This document shows, in pieces, positions 1-13,508 of a DNA stretch of 64,000 bases. The notes under the pieces are model-generated. The model had not been told where the DNA came from, made no database searches, and was given only the letters and a program-made list of their open reading frames with translations. The translations under genes and the position numbers were made by a program. The stretch comes from Chrysomallon squamiferum (Eukaryota; Animalia; Mollusca), in NCBI GenBank assembly GCA_012295275.1, contig CM022665.1:22134001-22198000 (forward strand). The letters are read 5' to 3'. Position 1 is the first letter of the stretch. The number at the start of each line of letters is the position of its first letter.

Positions 1-171
1 CATCTTTTCATTGTGTGAAATCAAATAATTTAGTTAAGACAGCAATTCAATATTTAGAAAGTTTGTAATGTTCAATATAGTAACTAAAACACTTAACCAA
101 TATTCTAATGAACTGTTCATTTCAGTTCTTTTGGGTACTTAAAATAATAGCTTAACACATATTTTCAAGAC

Positions 172-315
172 CGGATCCAGAATTTCAGAAAAAGGACCGT
201 CATCACTGTGCCGAAATTCGAAATATGTTCATCATAAAAGAAGAAAACAAGGATACATATGTCAGTGAAAATATATATGTGAGTCAAGGGTACCAGCAGC
301 TTATTTCTGTATCCG
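172..315. mobile_element. Short MITE-like relic with GGATCCAG-type terminal inverted repeats
   Basis: cggatccagaa (172-182) and ttctgtatccg (305-315) form a 10/11 inverted repeat; a related terminus ctggatccgcccc occurs at 31336-31348. Confidence 0.3.
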
Positions 316-378
316 AGTACAATTTCGTTAAATGATTATATTTAATGTAAAATAACTGCAGAATGTTTTCTTCGTATT

Positions 379-1898
379 TTACTTACTGTCTTCGTCCAGC
401 TCGAGATCCGTGTCGTAGTCTTCATCATTGAGGAGCAGTGGTTCCAACAAGACTGAACCCTCGTTACCCGACGACTCCGATTCTGAACATTCTGAGAGGT
501 TATCAGCGTTGTCTTCTAATTCAGAGGCACACGTCGCCGAGCCATTCTGAGAGTACGCTACAGACGAATAAACGGATTCCACTTCCTCATCTTTGAATTC
601 AGTGATATAAAACGAAGGCTCGGGATACTCATCTGGGTTCGGACTTGACTGGCCGCTGTCCACGGCGCCTTCTGTTTTGTCCTCGACGATGGGTTCTAGT
701 TTAGATGACGTTGATTTGTCGATTTCTGATGTGGACATCGCTGATGTCGCCGATGACAAACTCAGCTTAAAAGCACATTATTCTTCTGCTGTGCATAATA
801 TAAAATGTTATTTTTATATTCGAATAAATCATTAATAAAACAAGAACAACAATACAAAAAAGAAAAAAAGAAAGAAAGAAAAAATGCGGTACATAAAACC
901 TGCTCTAGAGAAAATTTACTCTGAGATTAATTTCGATATTACATGCCTATTACTGATTCTGTGGACATAAACGTTTGCTGTTATGATTATATTAGCAAAG
1001 TTATTGACAAATTGTACTAGAAATGCAGTGTGTAAGATATCACATTACATTTTACAGACAGCCTTTTCCAACTAAGCCGTGGAGTAGTCTTGTCACTACT
1101 TGGGAAGGTGCATTTTACAAATTCTTGCTTTTAATAGATAAGAGTAGCCCATGAAGTGGCGGTAGCGGATTTCATCTCTCATATTATAGGTATACAATAG
1201 TTTGATATAAATATGATACTGACACTTAATAACAGCTAATAGTAAAATGTATGAAGTTATCATCGTTGTTAATCATCCGTTTGTAGCCAGTAAATAAACA
1301 AACGAAAAATAATATGTAACTTTATCTTCTGTTTCACACGTTCATTTACAGAGTTTATAGAGAGAACATTATTTTATTGCGCTATTAAAATTTGTAAAAA
1401 TAAATAAACACAGTGGATCGTATCATTGTTGCATTGCTCTCACTAGCAGACACACAATGACTTCTAAAAACGCTTTATTGTTATTCTCTTGACATAAATT
1501 TTCCATACCTCACTAACTTTTTTTGCTATTCGATATGATCATATATTAGCTTTCAAACCTTTCGCACCGATTGTAAACCTATTAGATTTAGCTTAAAGTT
1601 AAGTGTGTACGTTCATTCCGAAATTAATAGCAATACGCAGAGATACTTTAAAAGCTATCTATCATTATCAGAATTTGTTAAAGTTCAAGGAGATGAAAGC
1701 TTTGCTAGAAATAAAAAGTATCATGCTTGATAGAGTCGACTGAAGATTTTTAACCTTGCCATGGTCAGTGTTGATATTTGAGTTAGTTTGAATAGAGACT
1801 GTTGTTATATATGAAGGTGTCAACAGGAGGTTATTAATGTTAACTGTCACACGCGACACGATTCTGTAATTAGTATAACCGTGGTAAAAGGAATCCAT
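379..1898 (-). CDS. Putative two-exon gene for an unknown acidic, Ser/Glu/Asp-rich protein (~176 aa); exons 1898-1755 and 765-379
   Basis: 379-765 is an open, non-repetitive, GC-elevated frame ending in TAA. The only usable acceptor (ttttaag|CTG at 765) is phase 0 and matches a phase-0 donor (GGC AAG|gttaaa at 1755) of an ATG-initiated exon that is itself preceded by a tttgcag acceptor near 1925. No recognisable homology; the AAG acceptor is weak. Confidence 0.4.
1100..1272 (+). mobile_element. SINE relic (probable Nin/Deu-domain family), copy 1
   Basis: Core gggaaggtgcat...cttgct...aat...aagagtagcccatg...gcggatttc.tctc is shared with dispersed copies at about 22340, 32425, 63709 and 45650 (reverse). 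The family name is from recall. Confidence 0.6.
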
Positions 1899-3516
1899 GT
1901 TTAATGGTCACTGTTTTGTGATTCCTGCAAATGAATTAAACCATTTCCTCATGGTCAGCCATCGCTTTACAAATCTGTGTGACCCCATGCAGAGAATTAT
2001 TTATATTAATATATCTGTTGTGAAAACACTTAGCATGTGTGTTTCAATAGGCTAATATAACCCTCTACAAGCTCATAAACAGAGGTACCCGATTTAAATA
2101 CGTCTTGAGTAAGATGTGGCATTTCAGTTAGACTATCTATATATGCGTATTATTTTTAGCAAACATGAATACACAACCAGAAATAAACCTTTGTTGAAAA
2201 GCACACGTTTCACGTTTGAGAGGACAACGTAATTCATATACCGTAATCTGCTAAATAACATTGTTTTTATATGTTTTTCAAATTATAAAAACTACAATAA
2301 AATGGTTTTTTGTTGAAATAAAGCATGAAATAATTTAGTTTTAAGACGACTAACTAAAGGTAATAAGTATTCTTTAAAATGTTGATTATAGTATTTATAA
2401 AAAAAAAATAAAGGATACTAAAATTAAAATTACAGTAAGGTTTCTGGGGGCAATCATGGAAAAAGGTATGAACAAGTAGCTATGCTTTCTGATGATTGTT
2501 TATAACAGAAGTTCAGTGGGAAGGGACATCAGTAATCAAAACAGCTATTTGCAAAAGCAGTTTGCTTTTGTATGTCATGCTGACAATAAAACGATCTCTC
2601 GTGTTTTATCGTCTGGTAGACGATGGTATCTAACTTGTTTTTGTAAAACAGGGCTCTCCATATTCAAAGCGCCATCTTCACAAGTTTCAAACTGAAACAT
2701 TAACATATTCATCCATTTCTTCAGATCTCGCTAGTTTCTGTGATTAATTTTCTCCATGGTAAAGTGCATATAAAAAATTCCTGAGCAAACATTTAACTAA
2801 ACGTGTGAAACAATATTCAGTATAACTGACTGAACTGAAATAGTTAAAGGTCAACGTTATTTTAAGAATAATTTAATATTTTTTACTGAAAAGAACATAC
2901 ATTTTATAACTAATATTAATTAAAATGATACAAAAAATACAGTAATAATGTAAATGATATAAAACAAAGTACTCTGACATCGTGTGAATGTTTATTTTGT
3001 TATATTATTATTATTATTATTATTAATATAAACTTACCTCACCCCTACAGTAATAAAATTACCATTTAAATTAGAAAATAAAAATACGTAAGTCGACACT
3101 GGTATGTACTGCAAAATACCTTCAATACAATATTTAAAAAATAAAAATAAAAAGAATAATCATAATATTGCAAAAAAAACCCACCTGTATTTATCCCAGA
3201 AATAGCTTTTGTAATGTCTTTTACCAAACAACTTTATATAAATTTTGATATCATAAAACGATATATGATTAAACATAAATGCGTTGTTGAACATCTACTA
3301 TGATGCATGTAATGTAAATATCATATTTAGTCATTTAAATAAATTGATCAACACTGGAATTTAAGTATTTACAACACTGTTTAAAGACGTAACTAATATT
3401 TCGAATGATTTGACATTGACAGCACAAAAAAAATAAAAAATAATAATAATACGTGGAATTTGTTTGGTCTTACGAAATCAAATAATTACTACCATTTTGA
3501 TGTGTATCTAATATTA

Positions 3517-3785
3517 TACAGTAAAACCTGTGTAAATGGACGCCCCAAGCGTCTAGTCAAAAGTGGTCAGTTTAGGGAGGTGATCACGTGATAGAAATTT
3601 TATAGTGAATAAAACCAGGGCTACACGTTGATCTCGGTCGACATACGGACATAAAACTGAAATTAACGGTCGAAGTACGGAGTTTGGAGGTGGTCGAGAT
3701 ATAAAAGAAAAATACACTGTTAAATCATAGTAGTGAAAAATGGTCCATTTGCAGAGGTTGTCAAGGTAGAGAGGTGGTCCGAGTT
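3517..3785 (+). mobile_element. Truncated Tc1/pogo-type MITE
   Basis: Begins TA+CAGTAAAACCTG and contains repeated (ga)ggtggtc / gtggtc subterminal motifs; GC is higher than the flanks; the right TIR is not seen. Confidence 0.5.
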
Positions 3786-4048
3786 GGAATTCATGAATAA
3801 AGTATTAACTGTTAATTAACTTTCATTTATTAAGCTTTAAAATTATAATTTGAAAAAACATAAATATTTTGATATATGATTTAAAAAAATAAATAAAAAT
3901 AAATAAAAATAAATAAAATAAAACGCATTTTCTATATTACTTAAAATATACAATTTGTTTATATATATATAGTGATAACAGTAAAAGAAAATAATAAAAA
4001 TAAACAATGACAGTAAAAAGAATAACAATAACAATAACAATAATTTGT

Positions 4049-4220
4049 AAACTAAAGAAATATAAGTTACAAATAGTTTTGGACAAGTAAAGAAATACAG
4101 GTTACAAATAGTTTTTTGACAAGTAAAGAAATAGAGGTTACAAATGGTTTTTGACAAGTAAAGAAATACAGGTTACAAATAGTTTTTTGACAAGTAAAGA
4201 AATAGACGTTACAAATAGTT
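4049..4220. repeat. Minisatellite, ~35-36 bp unit (aagtaaagaaatacaggttacaaatagttttttgac), ~5 copies
   Basis: Head-to-tail near-identical units without spacers. Confidence 0.9.
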
Positions 4221-4569
4221 AATAGAACAATTTGTTAAAGTTAGGCTCTACTTAAGAACAGACTGATTCTCAAAAATTATTATTTAAACAAATTTATACA
4301 TACACAAACAAATAAACACGTAATAGTTCTTTTTAAATTTAATATTTCTTTTTTGTGTAAGGTACATTAGTTAATATGTATTTATTTTTCTTATTCCTCT
4401 TTACATTGAGAGAGTCGGTTGAGCGAAATGAGTGATTGTTGTATGTTTCATTTCGAAAATTACACGTGTTTTCTTGAACATTCTTCATTTAGAAATTGTT
4501 ATAATAATAATAATAATAATTATAACTTCATTTCCACACAAACAGACAGACATACAAAAAATAACCAAC

Positions 4570-5325
4570 AACATGTACTGGGGATAGTAATACAACTTAA
4601 CTTCTATGTCAAACCATTTTCTACACAACGTAAAACTCACAACATATTTTCTGTATCGTAATACTTGAACATAATACTTACAACTTTTTTTTTTTTTTTT
4701 ATATTAAACCATGTTGTACTGAACATAATTCTTATAACTTATTTTCTGCATTACATCATGTTTAAAGAAAATAACGTTTACAATGTTTTGTCCATATCAT
4801 ACTATACCGTACTTAAAGCAGTATAACATTTATAACTAATTTTCTATATCAAACCTTGTTATACTGAAAATAATATTATATAACAACAAAATATGGAATA
4901 CTATTGTACTGATAATTCTATGATACAAGCTGTTTTTTTGTAAATCAAAGCATACAGTACCGAAAACAGTAATATTAAAATTTATTTTCTGTAACAAACC
5001 ACATTGTAATGGGAATAGTAGTATTTACAACGTATTATCTATATCCAATCAAATTATACTGTAAATGATAGAATAACATTGTCTTTATTGATATTGTACA
5101 TAAAATAATACTTATAACTTACTTTCTGTATAAATACATAGTATACTGTAATATTGTTTCATACTTACAACTTATTTTCTGTATCAATCCGTCTTACAAA
5201 GAAAAGGATATGCAACATTTCTATACCAAAATAGTATATAAAATAATACTTATAGCTTATTTCCCGTATCAAATCATGGCAAACTAAAAACTGTATAATA
5301 CTTACAATTATATCCTATCAAATGA
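4570..5325. repeat. Old degenerate tandem repeat, ~45 bp unit (aaccatgttgtactgaacataatacttacaacttattttctgtatc-like)
   Basis: Motifs gtactgaa / ttacaact / ttttctgtatcaaacc recur at about 45-bp spacing. Confidence 0.7.
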
Positions 5326-5855
5326 AACAGTATTTATCCACACACAGTTTAACAGTAATAACAGCCAAACTACACGCTGCAGTATAACTAAATATAACAA
5401 TAAGTGTGTAACGGTATCTACAGGTATTGTCAGGGTACCTCCGAGTACAGAAAATATCTTATTGTGATAACAATATTCATTGTTTCCACTATGTGAAAAA
5501 TAATACGTACGTGAGTAACGTAAACATTTTTTTTTTTTTTTTTTTTTATGAAGGCGGACGGTATAGACATTAATGTTTCAACTTTGCAGTGAAGCGAGGC
5601 GTCAGTTATAATTGTTTGCGATTATTAACTCATTATGTAGCTGCACTTACTGGTTATTCTAATCTGATACATTTATGACTATAGAATGAGGTGTGCTTAG
5701 TCGTGCCTGAGCAACAACCTGGGTAGTCTAAACAATGTTTGCTTTTGTAATCGTTTATCATACATTATATCTCAAGACAGAGCATGCCTGATAATTGGGT
5801 AGTAAAACAATACTGGAAAATCAGGGGAAGCGTACTGGCGTAAGATCTGGAGGAG

Positions 5856-5964
5856 CAGTGGCGGTTAACTGGCCTTCAAGAGTCGGGTAAAAAACAAGGC
5901 AGACGCATCTGTGTAAAATTTCGGGCAAATCAACCCCCTTAACCAGAGCCCCGACACGCCCATG
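5856..5964. mobile_element. GC-rich non-autonomous DNA-transposon relic
   Basis: cagtggcg start, aaatttcgggcaaa internal motif and ...acgcccatg end within an AT-rich background. Confidence 0.3.
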
Positions 5965-6838
5965 AGGAGTGCGTGAGGGGTGTGTGTGTATGTGGAGGTG
6001 ATTTAGATTGAATTGCCAATTTCGACATTAACTGAACATTTTAAAATAATTCAGTAATGGACAGTATTGTTTTTGTTGTTACTGAAATTATTACTCTGAA
6101 ACATTTGTAGCCTTATTGATGTATACATGAATACCAAACTGATTTATGGATTAAAAAATATTTGTTGGTATTTTATTTATGGGTAGTGCTATCTCCTGTC
6201 ACCGTCTGACGTCATAAGCATAAGAAATTCGCGACTGGTAATAAACACCAGTGGTCCAGAAAAATAATCTGTTTATGTCGTGGAGTCTTATCCTTCAATG
6301 TTTTTTCTTTTGTTGTTTTATCTTTTCATGATCTCATATAGATTTTGTTGAATAAATAAGTATTAAGAATTGACATTATTATGAAATATACTACTTCATA
6401 TTATTATTATTATTATATCTCTGTTTTACACATTGATAATATTTTGTTCCTTTTTTCTTTTTTTACAAACATACTGACACTTGCTCTTATAAATATTTAT
6501 TGTAATTAATTTTATGTATATAATGCAGAGTAATTATACTAATGAAACATATGTATACTATCGTCTGAAATCAGCAATAGGAAAAAAAAATAAATAAACT
6601 CCACTCCCCCAAAAAGCAAACAAACCATTTAATAAAATGGGGAAAAAAAAAATAATAATAATAATAATAATAATAAACAAAAAAATAAATAAACAAAACA
6701 AAACAAAATAAAATAAAATAAAATAAAATAAAATAAATACATGTATGTGTCTGTGTATTTGAATGTGTGTATGTGTGTATGTATGTTTAAATAATGCATA
6801 TACACCCATATATACATTTACATGCATGTATGGAAATA

Positions 6839-6839
<1 letters not shown>

Positions 6840-6870
<31 letters not shown>

Positions 6871-6900
6871 AAGATGTATGTATGTATATATGTATGTATT

Positions 6901-6932
<32 letters not shown>

Positions 6933-7062
6933 GATGTATGTAAAGATGTATGTATGTATGTATGTAAAGATGTATGTATGTACGTGTACGTACGTACGTA
7001 TGTATGTATGTATGTATGTATGTATGTATGTATGTATGTATGTATGTATGTATGTATGTATG
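6840..7062. repeat. (TATG)n microsatellite
   Basis: Directly visible; source of several spurious ORFs. Confidence 0.95.
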
Positions 7063-9668
7063 CATTCAAGATCCTAGCTATTTATCCGGCTTCAACAAAT
7101 CCGGAAAATCCTAAAACAAAACCGGCTATATTTTACTTTCTGCGTAGAAACAAAAGACTCGGTTTCTGAAGATGATTAACTTGTGTGTTAAAAACAGTTT
7201 TCTTCTTTACTTTGTTAAATGATTAATAAAGATAAAACACGCTGTACTTTAGAAATGTATTAATTTGTATGCAATAAATAATGTGCAGTGTATTTCATTT
7301 CCTCTACAGATGTGCAGAGTAAATGCTAAAACAAAATTATGTTCTTGACTTTTCTTCCTTTCATTTTCATCCTCTATATTATACGTGATAAAAGTATTTT
7401 AAGAATTTTAAGTAGATTAATAACCATCAAACAGACCCATCTTTAGAAGTGTATTAATCTGTATTTGTTAAAAAATGTTTTATTCTTTACTTTAGGTATG
7501 TGTGTGTTTATGTGTATATATACTAATGAATTTTTGGATTTCGTTATAAATATATAGACACACACACACACACAAACACTAAAGAATTGTTTTGAAAAAT
7601 ATAAGAAAAATTCGTTAATGTCTATATGCATACATGTTTATGTGTGTATACGTGCGTTTCTGTTGTAAATAAATAAATAAATAAGTAAATGAATAAAAAA
7701 TTAAATAAAAATAAGAATTTATTAAACATAGACAAGTACTGCATAGTAACATAATCGAACAAAATTAAATGACTTATTAAAATAGCTAACACCAGAGTTT
7801 CGATATTTTCCATGTAAAAGATATATATATATATATTACTCACAGTCACACAAACACACTCATATACTTACACATTGTTTTTAGATCCAAAGGCTGTGTC
7901 GCTGTACCTCATTAAGGAGTGTTTCATATTATATCATCAGCTAACACCAAGACAAATACACTGAAATTTTCCATAAACAAGATTTATTCTTTTGTATATA
8001 TTTAATTTCTTATCTCGATATGGATAGCATGTTCAAGTATAAAAGAGACAAACTAATTATGGTCTCCCCATAATAAAAATAACAACCAAACATTTGAAGA
8101 TACTGTATAAACTGCTTCATATACCATCTCGTACAAAAAAAAAAAAAAAAAAAAAACATTATATGCCTTGCGGGTAATATGTGTTAAGAAACAATGTGCG
8201 AGGTAATTTAGCGCTAAAATGGCCTACAATGGCACGGTGGTTTATCTTTTGTAGGAGAATTATTCTAAGTCCATCAAACTAACAGCACAGGCGTTGGTTG
8301 TCTACGCTCCACCACTTCTGTTATCGATAATTACATTCACTTCGAAGGGAATACTGTAGCTTCTGGGTTTTTTAATCTGTTTTGGGGGAGCATGGTATAA
8401 TTATTTCTGTGACTTATTTTCTTTAATTGTTTTGGACGACTATAGAAGACCTAATGACTTTAATCAACAATTGTATGGCATACAAGAATATAATCATATC
8501 CTTTGTTTTTGCTACTTGTCATTTATCGGTCGAGCAGTCGACTATACAGTCAGACTGTATATTTGTTAGTCTATCCATTAGTCTGCTGCCCGTTTTGCCG
8601 CTTAGTGCGCTTATATAATTATGGATGTGCATATACATATGTATATCTACCTGTGTTGGTCTATATAGGTATCTACTTAAATTATACATGCTTACGTTTG
8701 TCTGCTCGAGTGTATGTATATTTAACAGGGGAAGGGACACAACTCACATGCTTTCTTTTTCTTTTTCTTTCTTTTTAATGACATTTACTTATTCTGGAAT
8801 TAAATATGTATTAGCTTTTACATTTTTTCCCCCCTTAATGTCCTTGGTCACTATAATGTGAAGTTAATTACTGAGTAATGTTATTATGCTCTACACAACC
8901 TAATGATCGAGTCTGCCTTATTACTGCTATTATTGTTGTTGTTGTTTTTGTTTTGGGGATAGTTTTTGTTTTTATTGATAATGATGTTTACCAGCTACAT
9001 TTGTATATGCGTATCATTGTTTCTAATTTCCATGTAATGGTACGATGTAAAATTATTTACGAAATCAAAACGTTGTCAGTATCAAAATATATTATGAAAT
9101 AAACAGTGATAAATATACAATATAAATAATTGCAAACAATATTCTATGTGAACTTTTTATTCATAAAAGAATGACAAAGAGCTCAAAGTGTAACAGTCAT
9201 TTTTATCCTGTTGAATCTGTGCTTTTCTTCTTTACGGTATTTTATAAGCCCAGTGGACGCAAAATAAAAAATAAAATATTATACTTCAACATTATTATTT
9301 TTAATGCAAAGCAAATATTTTATTTTGATTTAATTTATATATAAATTTATAATGTATTCGTGGCGATATTTGTTTTTGACGGATAATAGATTCAAAATGC
9401 ACTGTAACTTGAGTTTATAGTTAAAACAATTGCTAAGGAAAACATTTATCTCTTCCTCTGGCTGTTTGGTAAAATTGTTTTATCACTTAATATTAATAAC
9501 AGCATTTATTCCATAAAACCGGTAAAACTATAAATAATTTACATTTATTAGAGCTTTGCAAACCTGTACTTAACTTTATATTTTGAAATATTTAAACTTG
9601 GACTAAAATGCATTTATTTATAAGAGGAATTTGTTTTTGTGGTATTTTGCGGTATGTCTGTTTACCAT

Positions 9669-9702
9669 AACCCACAATGCTTTTCTTCCGATAGATTTCC
9701 GG
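9669..9702 (+). promoter_or_regulatory. Candidate TATA-less housekeeping promoter of eIF1A (ZNF143/Staf-like CCCACAATGC and ETS-like TTCCGG)
   Basis: Motifs at 9671-9680 and 9697-9702, 110-140 bp upstream of the ATG. Confidence 0.4.
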
Positions 9703-9809
9703 CTTGTGTTTTTCACATGTTGAAATAAATTCTTGTTGTCAATATTGTTTACCATATTTTACGTTTATATTTGATTGAACTATCTGCTTATCCGTTTACT
9801 TCTTTCATC

Positions 9810-9825
9810 ATGCCAAAAAATAAAG
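9810..9825 (+). CDS. EIF1A: eIF1A coding exon 1 (MPKNK)
   Basis: ATG CCA AAA AAT AAA G|gtgagt. Confidence 0.93.
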
Positions 9826-12343
9826 GTGAGTCATATTTTTTGAGATTATATATGACATTACAAAAGTAATGTTTGCCCCTTTCCTTTTTCTCTAGAAGCA
9901 GCAGAACACTGAACAGTAAAAATGAACGTAAATTCTTTGTAACAGTTAATATCGTTGTTATATACATTAGAAGCAGACGTTACAATATTAACCTTTAAGT
10001 AATAAATATTACATTATGTCCCTCTACAGTGTAATTACTGTAAATGAAATAAAATTCGGCACTCGAAATAATTAACATGACGAAAATGACGAATAAATAC
10101 TAAAATAGTAGTATATTCATAATTAATTATTCAGTCTGTTTCCATGATCATTTGACCATTAGTATTAGATTCACTATTTTAATTATGAAATTATGATACG
10201 ATTACATTTTTTTTTTTTTTTTTGTATTAAGAGAAAGATAGTGATGCAGAATAATATGACTAAGTTATTAACATCCTTCTTTCTTTGCATTCATATTCCA
10301 GTTCATAAAACGTTTAATATTTAATTCCTGTATAATTAAAGAAACAGGAGTGACAGTTATTTCATTATGATATCATTTCCTTTGTTAACTAAATTTATCT
10401 CTTTACAGGAAAGGGAGGTAAAAATCGAAGACGAGGAAAGAATGAAAATGAAAATGAAAAAAGAGAATTGGTTTTTAAGGAAGATGGGCAAGGTTATCAG
10501 TTTTATATTGTTATTTACAAGAAATAATAAATATTTAAAAAAATTGTTGTACTTAAAAGCTATGTTTGTAGATTAAAATCTTTTATGTATATTAGTAAAT
10601 AAAACATTTCTTTCTTCCATCAGTTTCAGTAATACTGTAAAAACAAATTAATATTTTTTGTTCAGAGTATGCTCAGGTGACAAAGATGTTGGGAAACGGG
10701 AGATTAGAAGCACTCTGCTTTGATGGAATAAAGCGATTATGTCACATCAGAGGAAAGCTTCGTAAAAAGGTTTATTTGTTTTTCCATAATGTTTTTTGTA
10801 TTTTACTATTTAAAATTCACATTAATCACTGTGTACAAAATGCCCCCCAAAATTAGTGTTAAAGTGGTCAGTTTATTCATTTTTATCCCATGCTTTTCAT
10901 ACCAGTTTACATAACACTGAATGCTTTTCTAGCATTTAGATGTTCAACAAGACAGTTAAAAGTGTAAATTGTCAAACAGAAGGAAATATAATTAATGTAA
11001 CACCTGTATACTTGATACAATTCAGTTATAAAACCCCCTGTAGAATAGTTTACTCATCAAAATAATAAAAAATAAATATAATAAAAATAATAATAAAAAA
11101 AAAGAAAGAAAAAAAGGATAAATTAATATTAAGGATAATTTCCAAAATTTATGGAACCTGTATTTCTTAAATAAAACTATTTAACTTTTTAATAAGTGCA
11201 CATTTACAAACTCGTATATGTATGCATATCCATACACACACATGCACACACCCACACACACAGAGTATTCTTATTCAGTTTATGAGTTCGGCCAAATTTG
11301 TTTTTCTTTTAACCATTTGTATTGTATTCTGTCATTTAGTATCGGACTTTTTATTTTTTGAAAGAAACAAAAGTACACTAAACAAGTAATAATTCAATCT
11401 TTTTTTTAATTTATGCAGGTGTGGATCAATGGTGGTGACATCATATTACTTGGTCTCCGTGACTACCAGGACAACAAAGCTGATGTCATTCAGAAATACA
11501 CACCAGATGAAGCCAGAAATCTGAAAGCATATGGCGAGCTGCCTGAAAATGGTAGTTATCAGCTTTTAATACTGACCATTCTGTAGCTATAAAGCATAAA
11601 GATATGTTTGAAGTTTGAATTAGTTTTACAGACATTTGCTACATCTTGTATTATTTTTTTATGCTTTTCAAAATAAAATGCAGTCTGACTTCAATACAGA
11701 TATTTATGTATGGGTATTTGAGTGCTATGTTTTCAATTTCCAGCTAAAATCAATGATGAGGATGTTGATGACAATGTCACATTTGACTTTGATGGTGAAG
11801 ACATTGATGAGGTAAGAAGACTGAGAATCATTGTTTTTATTTATAAGCTTTCAGAAGACGTTATTATTCTGTTTTTTCATCTTCATACTTGAGTTGTTTT
11901 TGTACACTAAATTTATGAATATGAATTAGTTACATCAATCAAAGTAATGATGTGTGATATATGAGTTGTTATGTTTGCTTGTGATGTACAAAATCGTGCT
12001 GAAAGTAGAATTAAAAGGTAGGTGATAACATGAAATACGTTGAATATGCTTTTAATCTGAAACAGAGAAGGGATGTTTTTTTAATATTGTCATATAATGT
12101 TTTATTTGATCTAACTACTTTCTTTAATGAGCCCAATTTCAAGAATACGAAAAGAAAAGGATGAAAAAATACCTTTTACATACTTCAGGCATTAAGGCTT
12201 GAGCATTCAACTCACCATGTGGCTTCATACCTGTCACATTGCTAGTGTCTTTGATCCTTGGTACAGTGCTTGCATAGTAACTATGCAGGTTTGTATACAT
12301 GTACTTTAATGTAATGCATTTTTTTTTATTCTTCCAGATTTGA
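9810..12343 (+). CDS. EIF1A: Eukaryotic translation initiation factor 1A, 136 aa; join(9810..9825,10409..10492,10666..10769,11419..11551,11744..11811,12338..12343)
   Basis: Spliced translation [136 protein letters not shown]. All introns are GT-AG and phases are consistent (411 nt). Confidence 0.97.
10409..10492 (+). CDS. EIF1A: eIF1A coding exon 2
   Basis: ttacag|..[16 protein letters not shown]|gttatc, 84 nt. Confidence 0.96.
10666..10769 (+). CDS. EIF1A: eIF1A coding exon 3
   Basis: ttcag|..[22 protein letters not shown]|gtttat, 104 nt. Confidence 0.96.
11419..11551 (+). CDS. EIF1A: eIF1A coding exon 4
   Basis: atgcag|[25 protein letters not shown]|gtagtt, 133 nt. Confidence 0.96.
11744..11811 (+). 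CDS. EIF1A: eIF1A coding exon 5 (acidic tail)
   Basis: ttccag|..[23 protein letters not shown]|gtaaga, 68 nt. Confidence 0.93.
12338..12343 (+). CDS. EIF1A: eIF1A terminal coding exon (Ile-stop)
   Basis: Long pyrimidine tract, cttccag|ATT TGA; gives the conserved ...DIDEI C-terminus. Confidence 0.85.
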   Translation: M

Positions 12344-13286
12344 CGAATGGATACCAACATTTCTTTCTTCGTCATCAGTCATTTTTTTTTTTTTTTCTCA
12401 TGGACATTGTGTCTGAGAAAATAATATAGATATGATCAGTTGATCTGACAGAGGTATAGTCTTTTATCATTTTGGCTAAGGAGGCTTGGATTTTTCTTTT
12501 GTGTTGTGGAGAAATGTATTATGTAACATTGGCCGTTTTGATGAAATGTTATTGGACTTAATTGATATCAAAGAGATGGTACCATGTGTATAATATAAAA
12601 TTAAATATGACTCTCACTGCCTGGAGAAAATAATAACTCTGTTTTGAAGAAATTTAGCATTTAAACTTTAAATAAATCCTTGTTAGCATTTTAAAAAGTT
12701 TCTGGACTAATGAACTATATTGTTTGAATATAACTTGGCCAATGAAAACAACTTAATCCCACAAGCTACATTTTATAAAGTTCATTCTCCTGTTTATAAT
12801 TAATAAAATTAGCCAAAGTTGTGAATAGCCAGTTCCATTATTTATCATATATTTTGATGAACTGTTTTAAACTTGTAAATATTTTTGGAATTTTTGAGCA
12901 GTTGTCATAATAGATTTTCTTTGTGCACATTATAGATAATTTTTTAAGTGGAATAAATGTGTATATATTTTCCTGTTAACAGGGAAACAAAATTAATGTT
13001 TATCTGCTAGATTCTCATTTATATCAGTTGATAAAATTAAACAGTTTGAATATACTTTAATTTGAAATACATTATGAGATTCTAGATGGTTTTTATAATA
13101 TCATCCTGTTTTTTTAGTTGCTTCATTTGCAGAAAAGAATAAGTCAGAAATTAAATAGGCATCTTAACCATGGTAATTGTATATTCTTGTGTTATCTTTA
13201 TTATTAAATAACTTGCTTGCCAGTTAATTGTTCTGTTCAGTAGGACAGCTAAATTTTTAATTCATGCCTTTGTTTTAGTGAATTTT

Positions 13287-13374
13287 TTTTCTGTTGATCT
13301 TTAAAATGTTTCTTAAACTGTCTATTTTCTGTTGATCTTTAAAATATGTTTCTTAAATTATCTATTTTCTGTTG
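13287..13374. repeat. ~38-bp tandem duplication downstream of eIF1A
   Basis: ttttctgttgatctttaaaa(ta)tgtttcttaaa.t.tcta repeated about 2.3 times. Confidence 0.75.
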
Positions 13375-13472
13375 TTGATTTTTTTCAAATTAGGAAAATT
13401 GTTTGTTTTCATTTGAGCCCAAAAATTAAAGCTGCCAATTAATCTGCTAAATTTCTTTATATTATTATTCGT

Positions 13473-13508
<36 letters not shown>

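Noticed and set aside
4049-4220. 35-36 bp repeats of CRISPR-like length, also the 40-bp array at 53240-53840
   Set aside because: The units are contiguous without unique spacers, there are no cas genes, and the context is eukaryotic.
6558-7169. Cluster of long ORFs (MYVC/HTYI repeats), and similar ORFs at 21860, 38311, 42216, 49023, 56131 and 62535
   Set aside because: These are translations of microsatellites that lack stop codons, not genes.
10367-10576. 69-aa ORF in the track
   Set aside because: It is a wrong-frame reading across eIF1A exon 2.
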